DNA from: Phycisphaerales bacterium
Lineage (GTDB): Bacteria; Planctomycetota; Phycisphaerae; Sedimentisphaerales; Anaerohalosphaeraceae
Assembly: GCA_011055475.1 (NCBI GenBank)
Contig: DSDH01000573.1
Span: forward strand, 1-36,885
Length of the DNA stretch: 36,885 bases
Direction of reading: 5' to 3'
Both the position numbers and the translations under genes were made by a program. Of this stretch, positions 1 to 9,992 are shown one piece after another (position 1 is the stretch's first letter; each line of letters starts with the position of its first letter). Under the pieces are notes generated by a model. It saw only the letters and a list, made by a program, of their open reading frames with translations, was not told the origin of the DNA and did not search any database.

Positions 1-120
1 CATGCGGACCCCCGCGTCCACGACCTGGGCGATCTCGTCGGCTAACCGGGCGAAATCCGCACTCAGGATCGACGGGGCGATCTCCACCGTACCGGGTTCG
101 GGCAAGCGCATCGGACTCAT
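1..120 (-). CDS. rpe: ribulose-phosphate 3-epimerase, first 40 codons only (gene runs off the left edge)
   Basis: Not in the ORF track because it is truncated. The reverse complement of 1-120 reads MSPMRLPEPGTVEIAPSILSADFARLADEIAQVVDAGVRM. 'IAPSILSADFARL' matches the conserved Rpe N-terminus. The ATG at 118-120 lies 62 nt downstream of the pgk stop on the same strand. Confidence 0.6.
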   Translation of the reverse strand, partial: MSPMRLPEPGTVEIAPSILSADFARLADEIAQVVDAGVRM

Positions 121-182
121 GGGCACCTCGCTGCGGACCGCTCCGACATGCCGTCGGGCGCGGCGGCCCGCGATGGGCGGGG

Positions 183-1421
<1,239 letters not shown>

Positions 1422-1474
1422 CGCTGTGTCCCCTTTCCAAGCCAACCGCCGTGGCCGCCGCCGGGCGGCGTCCA

Positions 1475-1510
1475 CAAGAAACAGGCCCGCCCGGGATACG
1501 GACGGGCCTG
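1475..1510 (-). terminator. intercistronic hairpin (terminator/attenuator or processing site) between gap and pgk
   Basis: The minus strand reads caggcccgtccg-tatcc-cgggcgggcctg: a 12-bp stem with one G-U pair and a 5-nt loop (1482-1510). It is followed by tttcttg (1475-1481). Confidence 0.45.
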
Positions 1511-1528
1511 GTTGTGTGGCCTTCGGTG

Positions 1529-2533
1529 CTAGGCGATCTTCTCCATGATGTCCACGGTACGGCAGGAGTAGCCCCACTCGTTGTCATACCAACTGACGAC
1601 CTTGACGGTGCGGCCCATGGTCATCGTACACAGCGAATCGAAGATGCTTGAATGCGGGTTGCCGATGATGTCGCTGCTGACGATCGGTTCGTCGCAGTAG
1701 GCCAGGATGCCCTTGAGCGGGCCTTCCGCAGCGGTCTTGACGGCGGCGTTGACCTCGTCGGCGGTCACCTCCTTCTTCAGGTCCGCCACCAGGTCCACGC
1801 AACTGCCGTCGATGACGGGCACGCGAAGGGCGTAGCCGTCCAGCTTGCCGCTGAGCTCCGGGATCACCTTGCCGACGGCCTTGGCCGCCCCGGTGGTCGT
1901 CGGGATGATGTTCATCGCCGCCGCGCGGGCGCGACGCAGGTCCTTGTGAATCATGTCCGCGACCCGCTGGTCGTTCGTATACCCGTGCACCGTCACCATC
2001 AGGCCCTTCTCGACGCCGAAAGCGTCATTCAGCGCCTTGGTCAGTGGGGCCAGGCAGTTGGTCGTGCAACTGGCATTGGAGATGCACTGCGTCTGCGGGG
2101 TAATGATGTTGTCGTTGACCCCCAGCACGACGGTCGCTTCGATGGCGTCCTTGGCCGGCACGGTCAGCACGACCTTCTTGGCGCCGGCCTTGAGGTGGTC
2201 GCCGTAGCCGCCCTTGGGCGATTCCTTCTCGCGGAAGATACCCGTCGACTCAACGACGATGGACACGCCCATCTCTTTCCACGGCAGCTCAGCGGGGTTC
2301 TTGACCGCCAGCACCTTGATCGTCTTGCCGTTGATGATCAGATCGTTGCCCTTAACCTCGACCGTGCCCTTCCAGGGCCCCATCACGGTGTCGTACTTGA
2401 ACAGGTGGGCCAAGCTCTTGGCATCGGCCAGGTCGTTGATCGCGACCAGGTCCATCTTGCCCCGCTCGATCAGGATGCGGGCCACCGCCCGCCCGATGCG
2501 TCCAAATCCGTTGATCGCAACCTTCGTTGCCAT
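1529..2533 (-). CDS. gap: type I glyceraldehyde-3-phosphate dehydrogenase
   Basis: Starts '[15 protein letters not shown]' (Rossmann fold). Active site '[12 protein letters not shown]'. C-terminal 'WYDNEWGYS'. AAGGAGAG SD upstream of the ATG at 2531-2533. Confidence 0.95.
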   Translation of the reverse strand: MATKVAINGFGRIGRAVARILIERGKMDLVAINDLADAKSLAHLFKYDTVMGPWKGTVEVKGNDLIINGKTIKVLAVKNPAELPWKEMGVSIVVESTGIFREKESPKGGYGDHLKAGAKKVVLTVPAKDAIEATVVLGVNDNIITPQTQCISNASCTTNCLAPLTKALNDAFGVEKGLMVTVHGYTNDQRVADMIHKDLRRARAAAMNIIPTTTGAAKAVGKVIPELSGKLDGYALRVPVIDGSCVDLVADLKKEVTADEVNAAVKTAAEGPLKGILAYCDEPIVSSDIIGNPHSSIFDSLCTMTMGRTVKVVSWYDNEWGYSCRTVDIMEKIA

Positions 2534-2621
2534 ACAAGCTCTCCTTTCTTCCAGCTTTCGTCATTTCTCCCGTAGCCGCCAGGCCGGCCCGCGAGCAACG
2601 CGCAGGGACCCAGCGGCCCAC

Positions 2622-2650
2622 ACTGTAGGAATCAGTCCGGACCCTGTCAA
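2622..2650 (-). promoter_or_regulatory. candidate sigma70-type promoter for gap-pgk-rpe
   Basis: Minus strand reads TTGACA (2650-2645), a 17-nt spacer, then TACAGT (2627-2622). It lies about 90 nt upstream of the gap ATG. Confidence 0.4.
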
Positions 2651-2674
2651 AGCTTTTCTGCCAAAAGGATTGTG

Positions 2675-2691
2675 AAAAACCGCCTTCGCGG
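2675..2691 (-). terminator. weak candidate terminator after tilS
   Basis: Minus strand reads ccgc-gaag-gcgg followed by TTTTT. The stem is only 4 bp. It sits between the tilS stop (2734) and the gap promoter. Confidence 0.25.
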
Positions 2692-2733
2692 GTTGGCCGG
2701 CCGCGTTTTTGTGAAATCCTCACAAGAGGTGCA

Positions 2734-4221
2734 CTACCCGGGGGTGGCTTCGAACCCTGGCCTGGAGAGAGCCGCGGGGTCCTGACGGGTCAGCCGGCTC
2801 AATCCCAATTTCACCACGTGGGTGGTACTCTTCGTGACGCGGCAACGGCGGTCCAGGCGGACCGGGGCGACCCAGATGATGCCTTCCTCATCTTCGATGA
2901 TGCACACCTCTCGCCGCAGAGCGGGCGGTACATCACGGCGGCACAGGAACTTACCCACGCGTTTCTCCCCCGGCATGCCGATCGGCTGAAAGCGGTCGCC
3001 GACCTGCCGGGCACGAATCCGCAACGGTCCCCGCACGCGGGCCGCGTCGATCCACTCCACGAACCGGTCCTTCGTTCGCCGAAACCGCTCAAAGGCGTCA
3101 AGGTCTGCCGTTCGCTCCGTCACCTCGATGTGCCACGGACCGAAATCGGTCGTTCCATTGAGGGTCAACACCGTGGGTCTTGGCGGTACGGGCCCGTGTG
3201 GGGGCTCCGGGATGCGGGTGAAATGCGCTGTGTACTCGCAGCATCGCAGGGCGCCGCCGCCAGGCAGGTCCATCCGCCCTCGGCCTGTTTGGCCGATCAG
3301 TCGCATCAGGGCCTCATAGTGCCGGTTCGTGAGCGCACGCTCGCCGAGGCCCAGATGGACGATCGCCCGGCGGATCAGTTCGACTTGCAGGATCGGTGGG
3401 CACCTCCGCACGAGGTCGCGGCTCAGGTCCACCGCGTGGGGCGGTTCGCCCCGCAGGGCACGCCGCCACGCGGCGTCCGCCCGGTCCTCAACCCGCTCAA
3501 GCAAGTCCCCGGCAACCTGCGAAAGCCGCTCGATCTTGTTGGGCAGGGCCGCCCCGTACAAGCGGGTCAGGTAGGGCAACAGGTCGTGGCGGATACGATT
3601 TCGCGCGAATCGACGCTGCCGGTTGCTGGGGTCCTCGCACCATCGCAGCCCGTGTTCGCGGGCATAGGATTCGATGTCCTCGCGATGCGCGCACAGCAGC
3701 GGGCGGACCACAGTGAATGCTTCCGCGCCTGCCCGCCGGACCGTCTGGGGTCGAATGCCCGCCAGGCCGCGATACCCCGTGCCCCGTCGCAGCCGAAACA
3801 GGACCGTCTCGATATTGTCGTCCGCGTGGTGGGCCGTCGCGATCACCGCGCACCCGGCCTGTTGGGCCATCTGCAGCAGTGCATCGCCTCGCAATTGCCG
3901 CGCCGCCGTCTCGACCGAAAGTCCCGTTTCGGCAACGTGGGCACCCACGTCCACGCCTCGACAAAGGGTCTCCACGGCGTACGCCCCTGCCGTGTCTCGC
4001 ACGAAGGCCTCTTCCGCGTCGGCTTCGGGGCGCAGGTGGTGGTTGACGTGTCCCACGACCGGCTCGATCGGCAACCGGCCGGCCCGCACGAGCCGGACCA
4101 GCACGTGCAGCATCACCATCGAGTCGACGCCGCCGGAGACGGCCAGAAGGACCCGGCCGTGCAGGGTCGCCAGCCGGTCCCGGATGAATCGTTCAACGCG
4201 ATGTTCGAACGAGCAGGACAT
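2734..4221 (-). CDS. tilS: tRNA(Ile)-lysidine synthetase
   Basis: PP-loop 'LLAVSGGVDSMVM' near the N-terminus. The length (495 aa) and the C-terminal 'GKFLCRRDVPPALRREVCIIEDEEGIIWVAPVR' are typical of the TilS C-domain. Confidence 0.88.
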   Translation of the reverse strand: MSCSFEHRVERFIRDRLATLHGRVLLAVSGGVDSMVMLHVLVRLVRAGRLPIEPVVGHVNHHLRPEADAEEAFVRDTAGAYAVETLCRGVDVGAHVAETGLSVETAARQLRGDALLQMAQQAGCAVIATAHHADDNIETVLFRLRRGTGYRGLAGIRPQTVRRAGAEAFTVVRPLLCAHREDIESYAREHGLRWCEDPSNRQRRFARNRIRHDLLPYLTRLYGAALPNKIERLSQVAGDLLERVEDRADAAWRRALRGEPPHAVDLSRDLVRRCPPILQVELIRRAIVHLGLGERALTNRHYEALMRLIGQTGRGRMDLPGGGALRCCEYTAHFTRIPEPPHGPVPPRPTVLTLNGTTDFGPWHIEVTERTADLDAFERFRRTKDRFVEWIDAARVRGPLRIRARQVGDRFQPIGMPGEKRVGKFLCRRDVPPALRREVCIIEDEEGIIWVAPVRLDRRCRVTKSTTHVVKLGLSRLTRQDPAALSRPGFEATPG

Positions 4222-4228
4222 GGCACCA

Positions 4229-4258
4229 TAAAAAAGGCCTGCTTGATGGGCAGGCCTT
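4229..4258 (-). terminator. rho-independent terminator after the TPR lipoprotein gene, ending 8 nt before the tilS ATG
   Basis: Minus strand reads aggcctgc-ccatcaa-gcaggcct (8-bp perfect stem, 4235-4257) followed by TTTTTTAT (4236-4229). Confidence 0.6.
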
Positions 4259-4285
4259 CGTGGTATCGGTTCTCTATCGGGGCAT

Positions 4286-5068
4286 CTAGCCGCCCTGGCC
4301 CCGTGTCAGGGCCAGTATCCGTTCCTGGGCGTACTCGACGTTGTCTTCGTAGCGGCTTTCCACCTGCACGGCCAGCCGGTACAGGGCCAGTGCCGCGGTG
4401 CGGTCGTGCAGTTTCTGATCCATCAGGTACGCCGCGCGGAAGCGGGCCGGATAGGGCGTCACTTCGTTCCACTGAAAGGCCCGCTGGTAGTAGACCACGG
4501 CGATCTCGTAGTCCCCGAAGTACTCGTAGATCCGACCCGCATAGTAGGCCGCGTCGTCGATCTTGTCGCTGCTTTGATACGTCGCGATGAGCTCGTTGAA
4601 CTTGTTCAACGCCATGCGAAGCTTCTGCTCGTCGGTAAAGATCACCAGCGCCTTGGCCCCGCGATAGAGATCCATCGCCTCATTATACAGGATATCGGCC
4701 TCCTGAATGCTGTCGGTGGCGCGACGGTCGGCCTGAGCGCTCTCGGCGGGCATGAGATACTGGTACTGGGGAATCTGCCCGAACGAGGCCAATTCCTTCT
4801 CCACCCAGGACTTCTTGATCGCCGCTCCCCGGGCCGAGTAGTAGCGGTGCAGGGCCTGGAGATTCGCATAGTATTGACCGCGACTGGCCGCCAGCGTCTC
4901 GACCAGGTCGGCCTCGCTGGCATCCGGCACGCCGAACCCTTCCTGGCGGGCCTGGGCCAGCTCGGCCGGATTCACCCGAAAACGCGGATCGTCCTTGGCG
5001 ACCTCTTCACAGCCGAGCATCGGGAAAAGCAAGACCACCGCGACGCAACAGAGACCTGTCCGTGTCAT
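4286..5068 (-). CDS. TPR-like lipoprotein (BamD/YbgF-like by style)
   Basis: Signal peptide with lipobox 'VVLLFPMLGC'. TPR-like segments such as 'AAYYAGRIYEYFGDYEIAVVYYQRAF'. AAGGAG SD upstream. Confidence 0.7.
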   Translation of the reverse strand: MTRTGLCCVAVVLLFPMLGCEEVAKDDPRFRVNPAELAQARQEGFGVPDASEADLVETLAASRGQYYANLQALHRYYSARGAAIKKSWVEKELASFGQIPQYQYLMPAESAQADRRATDSIQEADILYNEAMDLYRGAKALVIFTDEQKLRMALNKFNELIATYQSSDKIDDAAYYAGRIYEYFGDYEIAVVYYQRAFQWNEVTPYPARFRAAYLMDQKLHDRTAALALYRLAVQVESRYEDNVEYAQERILALTRGQGG

Positions 5069-5114
5069 CGTTCACTCCTTTCCATAGCATGCCGCATTGG
5101 CTCCTTCGCGCGAC

Positions 5115-5143
5115 ACCTTAGCCCCCCTGGCGCCGGCTGTCAA
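5115..5143 (-). promoter_or_regulatory. candidate sigma70-type promoter for the lipoprotein gene
   Basis: Minus strand reads TTGACA (5143-5138), a 17-nt spacer, then TAAGGT (5120-5115). Confidence 0.4.
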
Positions 5144-5202
5144 GGGGCCGAGTCCAACAAACTCCCGGCCCCATTTTCGGGGGCCCCACCCAGGGCGGCG
5201 GG

Positions 5203-5940
5203 CTACCACTGGGCCTCGATGTACGGGCCGATGGGCCCCTCGGGCTTGGGCCTGGGGCGCGAGCGGATGATGGCCTCGGCAATCGGCACATCCTGTTTGC
5301 GCGTGATCTTGAGGTTCGACGCATCGGTGGGCACGACCGCCACCGGCCGGCCCATCGCCTCCACGAGGATCGCGTCGTCCGTGATGCCCGCCCCGGCGAG
5401 CTGGTCGCGACGGGCATAGGCCTCTTTCAAGAGCCCCGCGTCAAACACCTGCGGCGTCTGGGCCTCGTAGAGCTCGCGGCGGTCCACGGTCTCCACGATG
5501 CGATCCTCTCGGACGCGCTTGAGCGTGCCGACCACGGGGCAGGCCAGAATCGCTGCACCGGTCTCGGCGGCCTTGTGGATGACCGCGTCGATCCACTCGG
5601 TCTTCAGGCAGCATCGCACCGCATCGTGAACGGCGATGAGCTCGACGTCGTCCCGCACCTGCTCCAGGGCCTTGGCAACGCTTTCGAATCGCTCGCCCCC
5701 GCCGTGACAGAGCCGCACGTTGTTGAACGCCAGGTTGGCCCCCCACTTGACCTTGACCAGTTCCTCATCCTCCGGGGCGATCGTCATGAGGATCTGCTTG
5801 ACGTCGTCACGATCGACGAAGAACTCGATGCTGCGGATAAACGCGGCGCGGCCATCCACCTCGACGAAGGGTTTCTTGCGGTCCCCGCCGAAACGGGCGC
5901 TGGCCCCGGCGGCACAGATAATCACGGCAACGTTCTTCAT
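5203..5940 (-). CDS. ispD: 2-C-methyl-D-erythritol 4-phosphate cytidylyltransferase
   Basis: N-terminus 'VAVIICAAGASARFGGDRKKPF'. 'AVHDAVRC' and 'VVGTLKRV' match the IspD layout. GGAG SD upstream. It starts 21 nt after the upstream gene's stop. Confidence 0.9.
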   Translation of the reverse strand: MKNVAVIICAAGASARFGGDRKKPFVEVDGRAAFIRSIEFFVDRDDVKQILMTIAPEDEELVKVKWGANLAFNNVRLCHGGGERFESVAKALEQVRDDVELIAVHDAVRCCLKTEWIDAVIHKAAETGAAILACPVVGTLKRVREDRIVETVDRRELYEAQTPQVFDAGLLKEAYARRDQLAGAGITDDAILVEAMGRPVAVVPTDASNLKITRKQDVPIAEAIIRSRPRPKPEGPIGPYIEAQW

Positions 5941-5961
5941 AGACTCCGCGTGCCCTTTGGG

Positions 5962-6759
5962 TTATCGAACCGGGGCGGTCCCAGACCCATCGGGGGACCC
6001 CTGCGGGCTCTCGTCGACGGTCCACCTCAACCGGTACAGTTGTTGGGCCCGCACGAACTCCACGTGCCCGTCCACAAACGCGATATTACAGCCCTCTCCT
6101 TGGTGATACGCGGTCGTCAGGTCGTCGGGCCCTCCGACCGTGTTCCATCCGGGGGCTGCCTCGAACAGCAGGACCAAGTCAGGCGGAAGCGCTGTCCGGC
6201 TCCCGACCGCGTTCACGTTCAAGGCATAGTGGCACCGTGCGGGGGGGCCGCCGGAACATTGGAAGGACGTAGGACCGACATCCGCGTGCTGGATAAGAAG
6301 ATCACACCACATCTGCGGGGTGGGCAGGGCGTCATAGTCCATTTGATAGACCATCATGGCCGTGCCGAGGCCCTTGAGGTTCGTGCCGCAAACCACGCGT
6401 TGGGCGATGTCCCTTGTTCTGGAGAACGCCGGCAGCAGGATCGCCAGAAGCATCATCACAAGAGACAACAAAGCGACCGGAATCACGATGCCCGCGACGG
6501 CCAGGCCGGTCCCTTTGACGCGCCCTTTGCCCCGCCCGACCTGGACCAGGCCGACGATGCCACAGATGATGGCCGGGATGGCCGTCAGGAGGCACGTGAA
6601 CACGGAGAGAACACCGAGAATGAGCGAAGCAATGGCCGCTTTGCTGGTTCGAGTCGTTCCCGCCGGGGCCCCTTCCGTCGGTCCTGCCAGCGCCGTGCCG
6701 CAGGACACGCACACCGCGGCGTCGTCTGGATTGACCGCTCCGCATCTTGGACAATACAT
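5962..6759 (-). CDS. zinc-ribbon / double-TM / DUF1559 (H-X9-DG type) pseudopilin-like protein
   Basis: Zinc ribbon 'MYCPRCGAVNPDDAAVCVSCG'. Hydrophobic hairpin 'AAIASLILGVLSVFTCLLTAIPAIICGIVGLV'. Pseudopilin-like 'LLAILLPAFSRTRDIAQRVVCGTNLKGLGTAMMVYQMDY'. C-terminal 'YHQGEGCNIAFVDGHVEFV'. Strong AAGGAGGA SD. Confidence 0.78.
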   Translation of the reverse strand: MYCPRCGAVNPDDAAVCVSCGTALAGPTEGAPAGTTRTSKAAIASLILGVLSVFTCLLTAIPAIICGIVGLVQVGRGKGRVKGTGLAVAGIVIPVALLSLVMMLLAILLPAFSRTRDIAQRVVCGTNLKGLGTAMMVYQMDYDALPTPQMWCDLLIQHADVGPTSFQCSGGPPARCHYALNVNAVGSRTALPPDLVLLFEAAPGWNTVGGPDDLTTAYHQGEGCNIAFVDGHVEFVRAQQLYRLRWTVDESPQGSPDGSGTAPVR

Positions 6760-6885
6760 GTCTTTCCTCCTTGGTTATAGGTCACGGTTTTATGCAGGCA
6801 GTTTAACCGAGCCTCTTGTTCATGACCACCTCAAATCGCCGATTTCGTGGCCCAAGGGCCGCCATGGGCGGACGGGCAAATCCCC

Positions 6886-7512
6886 TCAGGCGCGGCCGGC
6901 CTGTCGCAAGCGGGGCAGGGCCGACGCGGGCAGCGGGGCCGGGGCATCCGAAAGCAGCAGGATTTGGCAGGCCAGCTCGAAGAACACCGCCCGCTGGATC
7001 GCCTCGTCGAAGTCTCGGCCCGCCGTGACAAGCCCGTGATTTTGCAGAATGACCGTATTGTGCTCGACCATCGCCTCGCCGACGGCGTCGGCCAGCTCGG
7101 ATGAGCCGGGCGGCAGGTAGGGCACGATCGCGGGCGTGCCGATATAGACGGGCACCTCGATGATCACGTTGAAATCCCAATTCGTCCGCTCGGCGCAGGC
7201 GATCGCCGTGGCCCACGGGCTCTGATAGTGCAGCACGACGCTCCAGTCGCTTCGCCGCCGCAGCACGCCCAAGTGCAGGTTCACCTCGCAGGTCGGCGGC
7301 ACGGTGTTGAGGATGCGTCCGTCTTCCAGCGAACAGACGCTGACCTCCGCGGACGTGAGCCGTTCGAGCCACGACCGGCTCGCCGACAACAGCACCTGCT
7401 CTTCGTCGAGCCGCCAGGACAGGTTGCCGCTGCTGCATTGCACCAGGCCGCGTCGAGCCACCTCACGGGCCGCGTGGGTGAACACGTCGATTTGAACATC
7501 GGTGACGCGCAT
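6886..7512 (-). CDS. class II aldolase/adducin-family protein
   Basis: 'SSGNLSWRL' and 'NLHLGVLRRRSDWSVVLHYQSPWATA' are His-containing metal-site motifs typical of the fuculose-phosphate-aldolase family. The start is set at ATG 7510-7512, which is preceded by GGAGAC. The track ORF begins 18 nt earlier. Confidence 0.8.
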   Translation of the reverse strand: MRVTDVQIDVFTHAAREVARRGLVQCSSGNLSWRLDEEQVLLSASRSWLERLTSAEVSVCSLEDGRILNTVPPTCEVNLHLGVLRRRSDWSVVLHYQSPWATAIACAERTNWDFNVIIEVPVYIGTPAIVPYLPPGSSELADAVGEAMVEHNTVILQNHGLVTAGRDFDEAIQRAVFFELACQILLLSDAPAPLPASALPRLRQAGRA

Positions 7513-7560
7513 GGATCCGAGTCTCCACAAAGCCGCGCTGACTGTACCACAGGGCGGGGT

Positions 7561-8805
7561 CTACCGCAACAGCATCGACGCGGCCGCGGCCGCCAGCACG
7601 ATACCCACCACCGGGCCGATCAGGTATCGGATGATCCGTCCGAACGACGCGTCGAAATACTCACAGGATAACGCCAGGCAAAGGTGCACCGGCGTCAACA
7701 GCAGACCGCAGAGGACCCCGGCGAAGGCCAGCACCTCCAGGCCGATGTCCGCCTCGGCGCCCGTGCCGATGTACGCCCGCAGGAACGGAAACGTGATCGC
7801 CACGGTCGCCGTCGTCACGCCCGTCAGAAACGCGACGAGAAACGGCAAAAAGAACACGATCACACCGCCCGGCAAGGGCGTGGCGCCCAGGAAGTCCACC
7901 ACCTGCGGCACGGCGCCGGCGGATTCGAGAACGGCCTTGAACAACAGGGCCCCCAGCACGAGGAGCACCAGTTCGAGTTCAAATCCCGCGGCGAACAGTG
8001 CCCGCCAGCGACGCAGCGGCACGCGATACATCGGCAGCAGGATCAGGATCGCCGCCCCGATCCCCACCGCCGGCGGCACCCCCCATCCGGCATACAACCC
8101 GATGGTCAGCGCGATCGGCCACAGCGCCGCGGTCAGATCGCGTGCGGCCCGGGCGGGTGCGGCTCGCGGATGCTGGTTCTCCGACCGTGGGGGAATGCCT
8201 CGCAGCAGGAGCATGAACACGCCCAACACGATTCCGCACAGCGGGATGATCAGGTTGTGCCTGAGCATCGTCCCCGCCGGCAGGTCCAGAATCTTCTGCA
8301 CCAGCGGCACCGCGGGAAACAGCGGCCACACCGGCTCCCACTGGTGCCGAAAGAAGAAATTGATGGCCGCCTGTCGTCCCCGGTCCACGCCGATGCGGTC
8401 GCCCAGCTCCCGCACGACCGGCGCCGAAAGCATGATCCCCCCGGGCGTGGGCAGCATGCCCATGATGAGTGGAATACCCGCCAGGGCGGCACGGCGGCTT
8501 CGCAACAGCCCCAATACCCCCGGCACCAGCCGAGCGGAGATGCCGGTCTCCTGCAGGATGCCGCCAAAGACGTTCACCAGCGTCAACAGGGCGCTGAGCG
8601 AGATGAACAGGTAACCCGTCTGTTGGGTGAGAGGTCGCTGCTGCCATTCCACGGCCAGACTGTGCCCAAACTGCCACGGCCCGACGCCCAGGAGCAGGGC
8701 CAAGGCTCCCGTCGCGGCCAGCATCGCCCGACCGATCCGCACCCGGACACGCAACAGCCCCACCAGCAGGGCCAGTGACATCCCCATCGCCACGAGTGCG
8801 TACAT
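7561..8805 (-). CDS. polytopic inner-membrane protein (possibly DUF401 / ion-transporter-superfamily permease)
   Basis: Hydrophobic throughout, with at least 10 TM-like segments. The start is set at 'MYALVAMGMSLALLV' (ATG 8803-8805), so it does not overlap the upstream AKR gene. The family call is from memory only. Confidence 0.6.
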   Translation of the reverse strand: MYALVAMGMSLALLVGLLRVRVRIGRAMLAATGALALLLGVGPWQFGHSLAVEWQQRPLTQQTGYLFISLSALLTLVNVFGGILQETGISARLVPGVLGLLRSRRAALAGIPLIMGMLPTPGGIMLSAPVVRELGDRIGVDRGRQAAINFFFRHQWEPVWPLFPAVPLVQKILDLPAGTMLRHNLIIPLCGIVLGVFMLLLRGIPPRSENQHPRAAPARAARDLTAALWPIALTIGLYAGWGVPPAVGIGAAILILLPMYRVPLRRWRALFAAGFELELVLLVLGALLFKAVLESAGAVPQVVDFLGATPLPGGVIVFFLPFLVAFLTGVTTATVAITFPFLRAYIGTGAEADIGLEVLAFAGVLCGLLLTPVHLCLALSCEYFDASFGRIIRYLIGPVVGIVLAAAAASMLLR

Positions 8806-8884
8806 TCGGCCGCTTCCGGTTGAGGGCCTGCCCATCGGCGCCACATGCCGACCCGTCGCCCTACCCGATCCATTTCTGTGGGGG

Positions 8885-9823
8885 TCAAGCCTCCTGGGCG
8901 ACGGCGGCCGCAGCACGAGGCGTCTGTGCCACCCGCTTGGCGAAGTCGTCGACCTCTTCGGGTTTCTCGAAGCCCACGTTCAGCACGTCCACCGTGCCAA
9001 GCCCCAGCACGTAGCCGACGGAGCGGCTCTTCTTTTCGTCATCGTGACGGAACTCGCCCTCGCCGATCAGCTTCATGCCGACGACGCCCTTGCCGGCCTT
9101 GTGAATCTGCTCCACGACCGGAGCCACCTCTTCGGGCTTGCCGTCCATCTTCGTGCCGTAGGCGTTGATTCGCACGTGCACCGAATCCACCCACGGCTCG
9201 GCGGCGGCGGTCTTGAGGGCGTCGAGCGAGTGGCACGAGACCCCGTGGGCCCGGATGACGCCCTTCTGCTTGAGCTTGTCCAGGGCGGTCATGTACTCGG
9301 CCAGCTCCTCGTTCCACTTGCCGCGGGTCACGCAGTGCAGCAGCAGCAGATCGATGTAGTCCGTCTTGAGTTCCTTGAGAAAGCGTTCGACGACCACCTC
9401 CGCCCCGGGCCGCTCGGTGATATCGCCCAGCCCGCCCGGCCGGAACCAGATCTTGCTGATGACCGTGAAATTCTTGCGCGGAATCTGCCGCAGCGCGGGC
9501 ATGACATACGGGTGCGTGCCGTACAGGTCCGCCAGGTCAAATACCCGGACGCCGTGTTCGTATGAATAGCGGATCAGGGCCTGGAACTTCTCCGCGCCCA
9601 TCCGCGTGTGGTTCGATTGCCGGCCGCCGCCCCGCATGCCCGTGCCCAGGCACAGCCGTGAGAGCTTCAGGCCCGTCTTGCCCAGCGGGATGGCCTGTTC
9701 GTAAGGGTCAAAGTACCGCGGCGTCGCAGGGGTTTCGGCCCCCCACGCCCACCGGCTGCCCAGCGCCACCGCCCCCACTCCGGCGATCGACCGGCTCAAA
9801 AACTCGCGTCGTCTCATGGCCAT
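8885..9823 (-). CDS. Tat-exported aldo/keto reductase
   Basis: Twin-arginine signal 'MAMRRREFLSRSIAGVGAVALG'. AKR body motifs 'LGTGMRGG', 'FDLADLYG', 'IDLLLLHC'. GGAGACGGGG SD upstream of ATG 9821-9823. Confidence 0.85.
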   Translation of the reverse strand: MAMRRREFLSRSIAGVGAVALGSRWAWGAETPATPRYFDPYEQAIPLGKTGLKLSRLCLGTGMRGGGRQSNHTRMGAEKFQALIRYSYEHGVRVFDLADLYGTHPYVMPALRQIPRKNFTVISKIWFRPGGLGDITERPGAEVVVERFLKELKTDYIDLLLLHCVTRGKWNEELAEYMTALDKLKQKGVIRAHGVSCHSLDALKTAAAEPWVDSVHVRINAYGTKMDGKPEEVAPVVEQIHKAGKGVVGMKLIGEGEFRHDDEKKSRSVGYVLGLGTVDVLNVGFEKPEEVDDFAKRVAQTPRAAAAVAQEA

Positions 9824-9992
9824 ACCCCGTCTCCTACACGTGTGTCCGCTCAATTCGTTATCTGATCCGGCGTCCATGGTACCCTGTCGTCCCACCAAAC
9901 ACAAGATTACGTCCGGTCTGGACGGTCCTACGTGAACCAGGGTCGGAGGTTTCGCGGAAACCCGTGATTTACACCCGGCGGTTTCATGCCCC

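Noticed and set aside
2818-4590. 590-aa plus-strand ORF spanning tilS and the lipoprotein gene
   Set aside because: It is antisense to two genes with clear family motifs. Its product is Arg/Pro/Gly/Ala-rich low-complexity sequence with no SD. This is a typical shadow ORF of GC-rich DNA.
6803-7550. Several 60-214-aa ORFs overlapping the aldolase gene in other frames or on the other strand
   Set aside because: Only frame 6886..7512 (minus) shows class II aldolase motifs. The others are Arg/Ala/Pro-rich shadow frames.
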